64,000 nucleotides of DNA from Acidobacteriota bacterium. GTDB taxonomy: Bacteria; Acidobacteriota; UBA6911; JACQSX01. The translations under genes and the position numbers were made by a program. The notes beneath the pieces are model-generated. The model was given only the letters and a program-made list of their open reading frames with translations, was not told the origin of the DNA and made no database searches. The stretch's first letter is position 1; each line of letters starts with the position of its first letter. Below are positions 18,442-32,333 of this stretch, in pieces. The stretch lies in the NCBI GenBank assembly GCA_036507075.1, contig DASXQR010000146.1:40662-104661 (forward strand). Direction: 5' to 3'.

Positions 18442-19022
18442 GCGCACCACGACCATTTCCTGAAGGCATCTACCAAGCCGCGAAACTCATGTTCTTCATC
18501 GATGGTGAGAACCTTGCAATTCGTTACGGCAGCATCTTGGCTGACGGAGAGACGCAGGACCACGTGGAATATGAGCCTAATGTCTTCGTTTGGTCGCGCA
18601 TCGCTAATGTTACCCAGCACACGCGGTGGGAGGTGCTGCGCCGGTATTACTACACGTCGATCCAGGGCGACGTCGTGAGACTCGAGGAGATTGAGGAACG
18701 ACTAAAGGGTCTTGGTGTTGAGTCACCGCGCGTTTTTAAGAAACATGCGGGAAAGCGGTCGAAGCGCGTTGATATTTCGCTTGCAACCGACATGCTCACC
18801 CACGCGCACCGCAAGAACTACGATGTCGCGGTACTCATTGCTGGCGATGAGGATTACGTCCCACTCGTGGATGCTGTCATGGGAGAGGGCAGACGCGTCC
18901 TTGTGTGGTTCTTCGAGAAGGGATTAAACCCGACTCTCCGCCGCAGAGCTGATTATTTCTTTGACATCGGCAAGTTTTTTTTCCAATCTCGAAAGGACCT
19001 CGGGATTTACGGTTGGATCTGA
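18438..19022 (+). CDS. NYN domain protein (LabA/DUF88 PIN-like)
   Basis: FIDGENL, KRVDISLATDML, AVLIAGDEDYVPLV, ADYF. Confidence 0.9.
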   Translation: MSAPRPFPEGIYQAAKLMFFIDGENLAIRYGSILADGETQDHVEYEPNVFVWSRIANVTQHTRWEVLRRYYYTSIQGDVVRLEEIEERLKGLGVESPRVFKKHAGKRSKRVDISLATDMLTHAHRKNYDVAVLIAGDEDYVPLVDAVMGEGRRVLVWFFEKGLNPTLRRRADYFFDIGKFFFQSRKDLGIYGWI

Positions 19023-19442
19023 ATGGGTTATTGCCAAATCTCACTTCAGTCGCCAGCCCAAGTTCGGGTTATAGCTCGTGACCTGGAGCGGCGTCCCCGC
19101 GAGTGTGATTAGTGGGGTTGCTGTTCCCGACGTTGATTCCCGACACAGTGACGAGTTGCTTGACAACATTCGCCTCAACCTTAATGACAACCGCGGACTG
19201 TCTGACAAAAAAGTTAAAACCAATCAAACACACCCCCCGGGAAAGGTTATGAAAACCCCCTGCGGGTAAGCCCGTGAAAATCCACAGGAGGGATATCTAA
19301 GCCGGGTCGAAGAATCGTCAGCGCGGCTCGCGGATGAGCGGCAGGTTGTGAGAACGATGGAGGTGACAATATCGCGGGAAGAACTGGTGCCCTGTGGGCT
19401 TCAGTCTAGGCTTTTTCTGTTGACCCTTTCGTAAAGCGCATG

Positions 19443-19451
19443 TGCTATAAT
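19443..19451 (+). promoter_or_regulatory. Extended -10 promoter
   Basis: TGcTATAAT upstream of the 19619 ORF. Confidence 0.45.
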
Positions 19452-19618
19452 TTGGTGTCCCAGTTTAAGAGAGCGTAATCTTCGACGATCCTTCTGACCC
19501 TCTGATTTTCCAGGCCCTTGAGGCACTCCGAGATGCCGTCCACAAGAAAAGGGCAGAACTCACACGAGCGATAAAGCGGCAGGATAAGTCGGCTTCTTCG
19601 TCGCAACCCGATGACGAA

Positions 19619-21082
19619 GTGCGGCGCTTGGTGAGTGAGGTGCAGCGGGCTAACGAGGCTTTGGGCGAAGAATTGAAGAGAGTCCAGGAAAAGCTCGGCA
19701 TTCCCGAGCAACTCCTTAGGGAAATTGAGGCTAGCAGGCTGCCCAACGAGGAAAGCCGTATCTGGCACCAACAAGTTGAAGGGGCACCCCCAACAGCTTA
19801 TCTTGACGATCTTGCCGCCTCTGGTCTAGAAGAATTACGCTCGTTAGTGGACAGAGCCTGGTTGAGCGATCAAGCGGCTCGAACATATCGGCTTGGGACT
19901 GAGTTTCTATCCACGCCCCTCCACATTCTGAATGGGCAGAGATTCATCTCTACAAAGCAAGTGAGTCCTCAGCGCTTTGCTCAAATGATCTTAGTGTGCC
20001 GGGATCATTTGGCCAAGCGCGATGATCTTGATTTCTTTGCAGCCCCTCTTCTGGTGACTGAAATCGCAATGTTGGGGAATCATCTAGACGATCTTCGATT
20101 CCTCGGCAAGCATGCAGCAACGAAGGTCAGTATGCTTCAATCGATGATAGATGATGAGGTCAGTGCGACGGTTTACGAACTACTTGTGGGAGCTGCGTGT
20201 GTGAGGAGTGGATTAGATCTGGAGATGCTGATTCCGGAGTTGAACGCGAGGACGCCAGACTTTCGTGTACATAGCTTGAGTGTACCAGCTGTTATTGAAT
20301 GCAAACGCCGTCTTGGTCCGTCGCAGTATGAAGTTAGAGAAGCTAATCATATCGAAATGCTCTACCACTCCGTAGTTCGGCCACTCACGAACGAGAGACA
20401 TCTTCATGTATCAATAGAAATCGTGTTCACTGACGAAGTGGAAAGTGTTGGGCCTGAGCCTTTTGCGGCGGCTTTGCAGTCGCTGCTGAGGGCCAGCGAT
20501 ATGTCTGGGGAGTGTGAGGTCAATTGGGGCAAGCTTTCATACGAAACTTTGCCCTATTATGACGACGTTGTACGCACGCGTCTGTATTCCCCTGATTTCA
20601 TGGAAGGCGTTTTTGGCTGGTCAACCTGTCAGAGACGGTGGGATGGAATAATATGTGAAGTGGAACCACCTAATAGAATTATTGTCTCGAAGTATCGAGA
20701 GCCGCGGTGTCTGAAGTGGATGAGCAGGAGCCCTACTGCCGTCTTGAAGAAATCGCGCGGTATCACATCGCTCTGGGCAAAGGCCATCCGGCAGATTCCG
20801 GCTGGAGAGATGGGATTCGTTTACCTAGCTTATCCGGAAGGGGGTGGGACCGAAATAGCGGATGCAAGGTCATCCCATATCATAGATACCTGTAAAGAAT
20901 GGAGGCATCGTTGGACGATAACCGTTCCACTCACAATGGTTAACCGGCTTTATATGAGAACGTTTGGCCCAGGCAGTCCCGATTTGATCGAGAGCACTCT
21001 TGTATTCGTAGAGGGCAATTCGCACCATTTTTTGAAGGATTTTCCCACCTGTGTCTTTACGGTCCCGCCACGGCGCTCTTAA
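19619..21082 (+). CDS. Hypothetical protein with a PD-(D/E)XK nuclease-like motif
   Basis: YELLV...RTPDFRV...VIECKR. The frame is open from 19469, so the true start is uncertain. Confidence 0.65.
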   Translation: MRRLVSEVQRANEALGEELKRVQEKLGIPEQLLREIEASRLPNEESRIWHQQVEGAPPTAYLDDLAASGLEELRSLVDRAWLSDQAARTYRLGTEFLSTPLHILNGQRFISTKQVSPQRFAQMILVCRDHLAKRDDLDFFAAPLLVTEIAMLGNHLDDLRFLGKHAATKVSMLQSMIDDEVSATVYELLVGAACVRSGLDLEMLIPELNARTPDFRVHSLSVPAVIECKRRLGPSQYEVREANHIEMLYHSVVRPLTNERHLHVSIEIVFTDEVESVGPEPFAAALQSLLRASDMSGECEVNWGKLSYETLPYYDDVVRTRLYSPDFMEGVFGWSTCQRRWDGIICEVEPPNRIIVSKYREPRCLKWMSRSPTAVLKKSRGITSLWAKAIRQIPAGEMGFVYLAYPEGGGTEIADARSSHIIDTCKEWRHRWTITVPLTMVNRLYMRTFGPGSPDLIESTLVFVEGNSHHFLKDFPTCVFTVPPRRS

Positions 21083-21584
21083 TGCGGGGATTCGGATTAT
21101 TTATGACCGAGACGACCGCTAGCTGCCGATGGTCTCGTGAAGGAACCATCCCTGCTGGAACTGGGCCAAACTGTGGTGAACAGGGTGAATCGAGTAGTCA
21201 TAATTATTAACGCAAAGCGACTTTTCGTCGAATGGGCCGATCGCTTCGATGACGGCGGTAAGTCTTTCGGAGTGCAGATTCGGCTGAACTGCCTTTCTCG
21301 TTCCGGTATTCGAATGTGACGAAAATTTCCCCACATTCATCAAGGCTCATTACGCCGAGATTTTTGAGAACGCACTTGAGACTTGGATGCTGAAGTCTCG
21401 GTCAGGGTCCGGTTGAGATCGAACGGTGAAGGGTTCCCGAAGTGCAAAACTTTCTGTAGTTAAAAACGTAGCTACAAGGGCTACGGGCTTCAATAAATCG
21501 CAACAGGTTTCAATAAGAATGCCATAAGCGCTTGAAAAGTAAGTAGTTGGAAATAGGCAATTTGCGGCGTTTGCCGCGAACGGA

Positions 21585-21629
21585 CTTACAAGCAGGAGGT
21601 CCGCGGTTCGAGCCCGCGAGCGCCCACCA
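21585..21629 (+). tRNA. tRNA-Val(TAC) 3' half (att scar)
   Basis: CTTACAAGCAGGAGGTCCGCGGTTCGAGCCCGCGAGCGCCCACCA; no D-arm or 5' acceptor strand upstream. Confidence 0.88.
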
Positions 21630-22061
21630 ATGTTTTCGATGCTTTACGGCCATTTTTTGATGGCCTGGAAATGCCTGGGGTGAACCCCTTGGGGTGGACC
21701 CCTCCTCTGGCCGACAAACCATGGCAACTAGCGCTGCCCGATTCATCAGGGATTGCGGACTGCAAGGTGCCATCTAAGTTATCCCGAGGGTACCCAGGGA
21801 ATTTGACTTTCACTTTGGCGGGGCACCTCTGGAATGACCAGAACTGGCGAGGGACAAAGTCGGCGAAAAAGACGTGCGCGGGGAGGGAAAAAACAGGTAC
21901 CCAGGAGGGAAAACGCAGACTTCCGAAAACAATCTCAGTAATGGCAGCTACTTACGTACTTCACCTGTGACAGGCAAACGCAAACCCTGTTTTCCTATAC
22001 GACCACACCGAGAAATTTTTCTGTATTACCCGCAACACCGGTTCCAGCATAATATGTCGTC

Positions 22062-22385
22062 ATGCGAATTGCGGGCGGGTCAGCGAAGCTGAAGCATGCA
22101 GTTCTCCCGCTGGCTGCGGTTCTGTTTTTGGCCTTTACCGCCGAATACGGACACCTGGTCGAAGAATCCGTCGCGCATGCTGCGGCAACGGGCGCAAGAA
22201 CACCTGCTCCGAACGGCCACAGGTGCCACAACTGCGTCACGTCGCAGCCCCAGATAGACTCCCCAAGCTGCTCTTTTCAGGCCTCTTTCTCGGTGCTTGA
22301 AATTGCGCCGATTCGTCAGACGCGCGGGCCGGTCTCTCTGGCGCTGCGCGAACTCCCAGCCAACCGGGCGCCTCCTTCCAACTAA
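22062..22385 (+). CDS. DUF2946-like small metal-binding protein
   Basis: Hydrophobic N-terminus, HRCHNC and C-terminal RAPP; upstream of a TonB receptor. Confidence 0.6.
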   Translation: MRIAGGSAKLKHAVLPLAAVLFLAFTAEYGHLVEESVAHAAATGARTPAPNGHRCHNCVTSQPQIDSPSCSFQASFSVLEIAPIRQTRGPVSLALRELPANRAPPSN

Positions 22386-22615
22386 TAACACTCGTTGGCG
22401 TTCCTCTCTGATCGCGTTTTCGGCAGCCGGAGTCCCGATTCCGCTGTTTGCGCGATTTGACCGGATCCATTTCATCTACAACCGAATTGCCGGCATTCCA
22501 TCCGGCGGATGACGCGGTCCGTGCACTATGCCGATGGGCAACCAACGCAGAGGGTGCCGCGCGGCAAGGTCGGGGGGCAGTTTCCGGTTTCGATTTCTGA
22601 GCTTGTGGAGAATTT

Positions 22616-24821
22616 ATGTTACCTAAAAGGAATTTCCTGGAATCTATCGGTCTGATTTTCGCCGTTTGCCTGTTGCAGGTTCCTGCATTGGCACAGGCTG
22701 GCGCGACTGGGACTGTTCACGGTGTAGTCACGCTCGAAGACTCGGGCAAGCCCATCCACGGCGTGTCGGTCACGATCATTGAATTGCGCGCCTCGGCAGT
22801 CACCGGTGATGACGGTTCGTACGAGATCAAAAACGTGCCCCCGGGTACGTACACTGTTATGGCCCATCTGGACAGGGTTCCCGACGTTGTGCAAACCGTC
22901 CAGGTGCCGGGCGGCGCCACAGTGGAAGCCGGTTTCAAGATCCGGCTGAGAGCCGCCGGGGAAAAAGTAACGGTAACGGCCAGCGGAAGCGAGGAGACCT
23001 TTCTCAACACGATTTCACCCGTGACCTCTCTGGACTCAACCGACTTGCTGGAAAAAAACACTCAATCACTGGGTGAGGCGCTCGATCACGAACTGGGAAT
23101 TGCCAAGCGCACATTCGGGCCCGGAACCTCCCGGCCCGTGCTGCGCGGCTTCGATGGAGACCGGGTACTTGTCTTGCAGGATGGAAATCAAATCGGATCC
23201 CTTGGCTTCCAGTCCGGCGATCATGCCGAGCCGATCGATGTTTTGACCGTCGATAAGCTTGAAGTAGTAAAGGGCCCGGCCACACTTCTTTATGGCAGCA
23301 ATGCCATCGGTGGCGTGGTCAACGCCATTACCGGGCATGAATCGGCCCACCCGGGCACACGAGGCTACGTGACAGGCGTGGCCGGCACGAATAACTATCA
23401 GGCAGGCGGCAGTGGAGGTGTCGAGTATGGCACGCACGACTGGGTCGTCTGGGGAAACGCCGGCGGCCAGCGGTCCGGCGATTACGATACTCCCATGGGA
23501 CGAATCACCAATTCCTACACACGCGACGGCAACGGCTCCGGTGGCTTTGGTTACTATCCGGGGCGCAGCTTTCTCAGCGTCGATTACACGTTAGATAAGA
23601 GGCGCTACGGCATTCCCTTTGACCCTGAAGAAGAGGATCCCGAGGTGGTATACCTGAACCCCCGCCGCCACAGTTTCCGCCTCAACGGAGGAATTCGCGA
23701 TTTGAAATCCTCCATTGGCGGCGCGCAGGTTTCGGTGCAATACAACGATTACAGGCACTCTGAAATTGACTCCTTCACCAGGGAAGTGGCAACCTCGTTT
23801 GAGAACAAGACATTCGACTACCGGGCCGTCTTCGATGAGCGAAAGGCAGGACGCCGGTCCGGCAGTTTCGGTTTCTCGGGCATACATAGAGATTACCGTT
23901 CTTCCGGGGCGGAAGCTCTCGCACCTCCGACCGTACAGGTCGCTTTCGCGCTTTTCGGCCTGCAGAAGTTCGACTTCGAACGCGTAAGTTTTCAGCTCGG
24001 TGGAAGGTTGGAACATAACGATTACAACCCAAGGGGCATACTGGATCGGCCCACTCCCGATCGCTCGTTTAACGGTTTTTAGGTCGGCCGGGTTGCGAGT
24101 GGCTCTCTGGAACGACGGCGCCCTCACCGCCAATTACAGCCATTCGTACCGCGCCCCGTCCCTTGAAGAGCTATACAACAACGGCCCTCACGCCGGCAAT
24201 GCCACGTTCGAGATCGGGAATCCCGACTTGGAACGTGAGAAAGGCGACGGCGTTGATTTCTCGCTTCGCCATTCTTCAAGGAGGCTGAGAGCCGAAGTTA
24301 ACTACTTTTACTATCACCTTGACGATTTTATTTTTCTGGCGCCTACGGGGAATATCGAAGACGGTTTGATCGAGGCAGATTATGCACAGGGGACGAGCCG
24401 ATACACAGGCGCCGAGGGGCGGCTGGAAATCGGTCTGCATCCAAATCTATGGCTCCTCTCAAAGTTGGATTACGTTAATGCCAAACTTACGGATACCGGC
24501 ACGCCGCTTCCGCGCATTCCGCCTCTGCGAGGTGTAGTCGGAATTGAGGCCACGTATGGGGGATTCCGCCTTCATCCTGAGCTTGTAATGTCGAATCATC
24601 AGGAGCGGATTTTCCCGACAGAGACCCGAACGGCCGGATCCACGGTGTTCAATTTCACAGCGTCCTACACGATCGCGCAACAGCACGACGCACACATCTT
24701 TTCAATAACCGCCTTCAACCTGGGGGACCGGTTGTATCGCAATCACCTTTCCTTCATCAAGGACTTTGCGCCGGAGATCGGACGGGGCGTGCGCATCAGC
24801 TACACAGTGAGGTTCTTCTGA
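22616..24821 (+). pseudogene. TonB-dependent metal receptor (ZnuD-like), frameshifted at ~24080
   Basis: Carboxypeptidase-like N-domain; plug SRPVLRG...DHAEPID...VVKGPATLLYG; barrel continues in the +1 frame to YTVRFF. Confidence 0.85.
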
Positions 24822-24959
24822 TGTGGACGGCTGCATGTATTCACCCAGACTGAGACTGGCGGCCGTGCCGCGAGCATTCTGATGAAAAAAACGCTCTGCG
24901 TACCAGCAATTTGATGGTGTTGGAACCGGTTCGGCGGCTCTGAGACATTTTGGGAAGTG

Positions 24960-25975
24960 ATAGGGGTAGGGAGAGCCGCTAGGCTCCCCCACCCTCCGAA
25001 CCGGACGGGCGGATTTCCCGCATCCGGCTCTCCAGTCGACAGGTCGTTGGTCCAGCGTTGATGATCCTGCCAGCCGCGTGAAACTCCTTTCCTGCCACGC
25101 CGCTTGCGCAGAATTGTGCGTAACCTCCGACGTATCATCTGATCAAGGATCCTGAACGTCGGGCGGTTGCTGTGTTTGAAATATTCGAACCATCCGCGTG
25201 ACGTTTGATTCAGCTCTGCGATGATGTCTCGCAGGCTCGTGCCATTGGTCCGTTTTGTCTTGCCACGGATGCTGTCCTTGAATTTCATAAAACTCTTCTT
25301 ACGTGGCCATCGCCGACCTCGGTCGAATCGATATCCCAGAAATTCAAATCCATCTTTGCCAGCGTCAATGATGCGGGTCTTGGTCGGATGCAGCTTTAGT
25401 CCATTACCAGCCATCCATTGCTGTATTCGCTCCAAGACCTGTGTTGCCTCCTCTTCTGTTTGGCACAGAACTACGAAGTCGTCAGCATATCGAACCATCT
25501 GGACCCCTTGCTCAGCCATCTCCTTGTCGAGCGGATTTAAGTAGATGTTGGCCAGCAGGGGACTGATCACCGCTCCCTGCGGAGTCCCCTCCTCAGGTTC
25601 GTAATACTTCAGTCCTTCCATCACTCCCTGCTTCAGAAAACCCGCCATCAGTGCCAGCATTCTCCCGTCACTGATCTTTCCCTCTACGCGCTCCATCAGT
25701 CTGGAATGACGGATGGAATCAAAATAGCTCTTTATGTCCGCATCCACCACCCACGTGTATCCCCGCTTGAGCAGATTGTCGACCTGACGCAGCGCCTTCT
25801 TACAACCCCGTTTCGGTCGAAATCCGTAGCTATGTTTGGCAAACGTCTGCTCAAAAATCGGCTCTACCGTGTCTCGTATCGCTGTCTGCACGATCCGGTC
25901 TCTTACTGTGGGTATGCCCAGCGGTCGCTTTTCCTTACTCCCGCTTTTGTTGATCCACTGCCGCCGCACCGGCCC
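24960..25975 (-). mobile_element. ltrA: Truncated group II intron with RT/maturase remnant
   Basis: RPLGIPTVRDR, SYGFRP, DADIKSYFD, GTPQG..ISPLLAN and YADD. Domain V GAGCCGGATGCGGGAAATCCGCCCGTCCGGTTC and domain VI end in CCCCTAT at 24960. The 5' part is missing. Confidence 0.9.
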
Positions 25976-26214
25976 AGTGCAGAGATTGTGCCTCTCACCG
26001 TCTCCCACCTTTTATTCTATATTAGCGGACGCTTGCCGGAAGTCCGGTTACGTTTAGGCAGAGACCGGTGCCTGGGTTGCTAAACTTTTTTTCGTGTTTT
26101 TTCCGACTCGTCAGTTCTGTTATGCGTGCAAAGAACTGAAGGTGGTCAAAAAGCTGCTCCCCCTCTTGGATGCTACCGCGTGCGCCTGCGCGGTTTGCCC
26201 GGCAGTATCGATCG

Positions 26215-26462
26215 CAGCGCTTGAACAAACGATCACCGACGCGGGTGTGGTGATCACGCGGCTGGCGGATCTCAGCGGTGCCCACGGCTACTCACAACCA
26301 GGCCGCATCACGATCCTCGAGTCGCTCACGCCAGCGGATACGGCGACGGTGCTCGTCCACGAATTCGCACACGAGCTCCTTCACCAGCGTGGCGACGATC
26401 GACCAACGTTCAAGACCGTGCGCGAAACCGAAGCCAAGGCCGTGGCGTTCATCGTCGGCACA
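26215..26462 (+). pseudogene. ArdC/IrrE-type zincin metallopeptidase fragment
   Basis: GYS..G.ITI...VLVHEFAHELLH...VRETEA.AVAF; both ends missing. Confidence 0.6.
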
Positions 26463-26579
26463 GCGAGTTTGCTCGATGCGGCCCGCGATGCCATAGCCAT
26501 GCTGGGGGCCCATGGCACTAAGCGTTTTCACGACCATGAGAGCCAGCGTGCCCTGCCAGACTTCGGCCTTCGCGCTCAT
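26462..26579 (-). pseudogene. PadR regulator 5' fragment
   Basis: MSAKAEVWQGTLALMVVKTLSAMGPQHGYGIAGRIEQ, then homology is lost. Confidence 0.7.
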
Positions 26580-26864
26580 ATTGGTTGCCCAAATGAGTAT
26601 CGCAGGTTTCCGTCGGAAGGCAACAGCACGGATGAATCCAGCCATTATGCTGGAGGCAATTGTCTTAGCATAGAAAGGGAAGCTACAGCGAGGTGTCGAT
26701 GACGTCTGGTTCTGCGACACGTCGATTCCATCGTCCATCCAGTTTCGCCAACTCACCCATCTGATTTGCCGATAATCTGTGTCGGCGACTTTGCTTGAAA
26801 CTTGGCCCGCGAGGATCGCAAACGGCCTGATTTCCACCCAACTCCAGCCAATAGACATAAAGAA

Positions 26865-26898
26865 AAGCTCCCGTTAAACAAATGATTTAACGGGAGCT
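26865..26898. repeat. Inverted repeat next to the tRNA-Leu fragment
   Basis: AGCTCCCGTTAAA...TTTAACGGGAGCT. Confidence 0.7.
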
Positions 26899-26911
26899 AC
26901 GTTTTGCGACG

Positions 26912-26970
26912 TAGGACTTAAAATCCTGGGCCCCGAAAGGGGCGTACCGGTTCGATTCCGGTCCCGGGCA
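26912..26970 (+). tRNA. tRNA-Leu(TAA) 3' fragment (att scar)
   Basis: AGGAC-TTAAAA-TCCT anticodon arm, long variable arm GCCCCGAAAGGGGC, T-arm ACCGGTTCGATTCCGGT, then CCCGGGCA; 5' half absent. Confidence 0.85.
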
Positions 26971-27025
26971 GTTCAAGTCAACAACTTAGCGCGTCTGACA
27001 ATTTTGGCACGGTACATACCGGACG

Positions 27026-29439
27026 TCACTTTTCTTCTTGGCCCCGGTTCTCCACTTCGGCAATCCGCCTGATCAGTTCGACGACACGAGCCGGACTTAG
27101 GGAGATCGAATCAATTCCAGCCTTCACCAGAAATTGGGCGAACTCCGGATAATTGCTCGGCGCCTCGCCGCAAATTCCAACCTTGCGGCCCTTCTTGTGG
27201 GCCTTTTTGATCAATTCCTCAACCGTTACCTTGATCGCGTCATTACGCTCGTCGAAAAGCGGCGCGAGCAGTTCTGAATCCCGATCAATGGCCAGGACGA
27301 ATTGCGTCAGATCATTGCTGCCGATGGAAAAACCGTCAAACCGCTCGGCAAATTGCTCGGCCAATATAATGTTGGAAGGAATTTCACACATGACATAAAT
27401 CTGCAAGCCGTCTTCGCCGCGCTTCAATCCGTTTTTCGCCATGACCTCCAGGACTTTGTCGGCCTCCTCCAGAGTGCGGCAGAACGGAATCATCGCGATC
27501 ACGTTTTTGAAACCGATCTTGTCGCGGACGCGTTTGAGCGCGGCGCACTCCAGTTTAAAGCCGTCGCGGTAGCGTTCATGATAGTAGCGCGAGGCACCGC
27601 GAAACCCGAGCATGGGATTGGCTTCTTGGGGCTCAAATTGGCTGCCGCCGATGAGATTCATGTATTCATTCGTTTTGAAATCGCTCAGTCGCACCAGCAC
27701 AGGACGCGGATATTGCGGCATGGCAATTTTGGCGATCCCTTTTGCCAGATGCTCGATGAAGTACTCCTTTTTGTCCGGATAGCCGCGTGTTAACTTTTCG
27801 ATCTCTTTGCGCGCGTCTTTATCCTGCAGCTTGTCAAAATGAACCAGCGCCATCGGATGAATTTTGATGATGTTCCCGATGATGAACTCAATGCGCGCCA
27901 GGCCGATGCCCCGGCACGGCAAATTCCACCAGCGCAAGGAGCCAGCGGGACTGGCGATGTTGATCATGATCTCCGTTTTAATTTTTGGAAGGTCCTCGAT
28001 ACTGACCTCCGCCTCTTCGTAGTCGAGAATGCCTTTATATACATAGCCCTGATCGCCCTCGGCGCAGGAAACCGTGATTTCATCGCCGTCCTTCAATCGT
28101 TTCGTCGCCTCACCGGAGCCAATAATGGCCGGGATACCCATTTCGCGACTGACGATCGCGGCGTGACAAGTCCGCCCGCCAAGGTCTGTCACGATAGCTT
28201 TGGCTTTGCGGAAGATCGGCCCCCAATCCGGTGTGGTCATTTTCGTGACCAGAATATTTCCCTCCTTGAATTTCTTTAGTTCCGCGGTGCTGTGAATCTG
28301 CTTCACTCCTCCGGCGGCGATTGATTCACCAACACTCACGCCGGACAGAATTCTTTCGCCTTTCTGCTTGAGACGATAACTCTTGAGGATGCCGGGTTTT
28401 TTCTTGGAATGCACCGTCTCGGGCCGAGCCTGAACGATGTACAACTCGCCGCTCTCCCCATCCTTCGCCCATTCGATGTCCATTGGACGTCGGTAATGCT
28501 GTTCGATTAAACAGGCCCATTCGGCCAGCTTCAGGATTTCCTTGTCGTCCAGAACAAATCGGGACTGATACTTTTTGGGAACAGCGATTTCCTTTGTGAC
28601 CTGGCCGCGGCCCCTGGCGTAAATGATCTTTTTTTCTTTTGCTCCAGGCACCTTGTCCAGAAGAGCCCGGGGCTTGGGCAGAAATGGTTTGAACACAGTG
28701 TATTCATCGGTGTTCACTGCGCCTTTTACAACAATCTCACCCAACCCCCACGCAGCACTGATGCGAACGGTCCCGGGAAAACCGGTTTCAGTATCGATGG
28801 TGAAAAGGACGCCCGCGCCCGACTTGTCGGAGCGCACCATCTTTTGAATGCCAATTGAAAGGGCGATTTTGAGGTGGTCGAAATTTCTGTCTTCGCGATA
28901 ACTGATGGCGCGGTCGGTAAAGAGCGAGGCATAGCACTTGCGGCACGCCTCAATCAGTGCCTTTTCACCCGTGATGTTCAGATAGGTTTCGAGTTGGCCG
29001 GCAAAACTGGCGCCGGGAAGATCTTCGGCTGTGGCGCTGCTGCGCACCGCAACGTCTGCTTCCTTTTTTTCGTACCGCCTCGCAAGCTCACGATAGCAGT
29101 CCCGAATCTCTTTCTCGATCTCCTCGGGGATATGTCCGGCAATGAACAGCTTTCGAATGGTTTTGCCGACCTCCGCCAGGGTCTCCCTGTCTTTTTTCAG
29201 GCGATTCACCTGGTCGCGGATCTTTTCCTCGATATTATTCTCCCGAACGAACCGCCAATATGCTTCAGCCGTTGTTGCAAAGCCATCCGGTACATGGACC
29301 TTTTTTCCCTTCAGGACACGAATCATTTCGCCCAGCGACGAATTCTTTCCGCCGACGATGTTTGCGTCCGCTGAACTCAATTCCTCGAACCACCGCACGT
29401 AAAGCTTTTTCTCATTTGCCATCACCGCTTTGCTTCGCA

Positions 29440-29443
<4 letters not shown>
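27026..29443 (-). CDS. ppsA: Phosphoenolpyruvate synthase
   Basis: VGGKNSSLGEM, VAVRSSATAED, GGRTCHAAIVSRE, EANPMLGFRG, SIGSNDLTQ. Confidence 0.95.
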
Positions 29444-32295
<2,852 letters not shown>

Positions 32296-32333
32296 GGTGA
32301 GAGCAGTTTTCGAACGTTCCTAACTTGGCATGG

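Larger units (their letters stand above)
1..21629. mobile_element. Integrative (mobilisable) element or genomic island, left end outside the window, right end at a tRNA-Val 3' half
   Basis: Excisionase, tyrosine integrase, coupling ATPase, Replic_Relax protein and methylase, followed by cargo, ending at a tRNA fragment starting in the anticodon loop. The link between this integrase and this att site is inferred. Confidence 0.7.

Noticed and set aside
19140..19400. ncRNA or riboswitch with repeated TGACAA
   Set aside because: No recognisable conserved structure; needs an Rfam scan.
9322..21082. Complete bacterial ubiquitination system
   Set aside because: Only a RING was found; no E1, E2, ubiquitin-like or JAB gene was recognisable.
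21170..21390. Gene (VNRVVIIINAKRLFVEW...HYAEIFENALETW)
   Set aside because: Broken frames; probably a decayed remnant whose family cannot be named confidently.
24080..24082. TAG read-through (pyrrolysine)
   Set aside because: The receptor continues in a different frame.
24800..26008. Retron, DGR or defence RT
   Set aside because: Domain V/VI RNA and a maturase region identify a group II intron; no TR/VR pair or msr-msd was seen.
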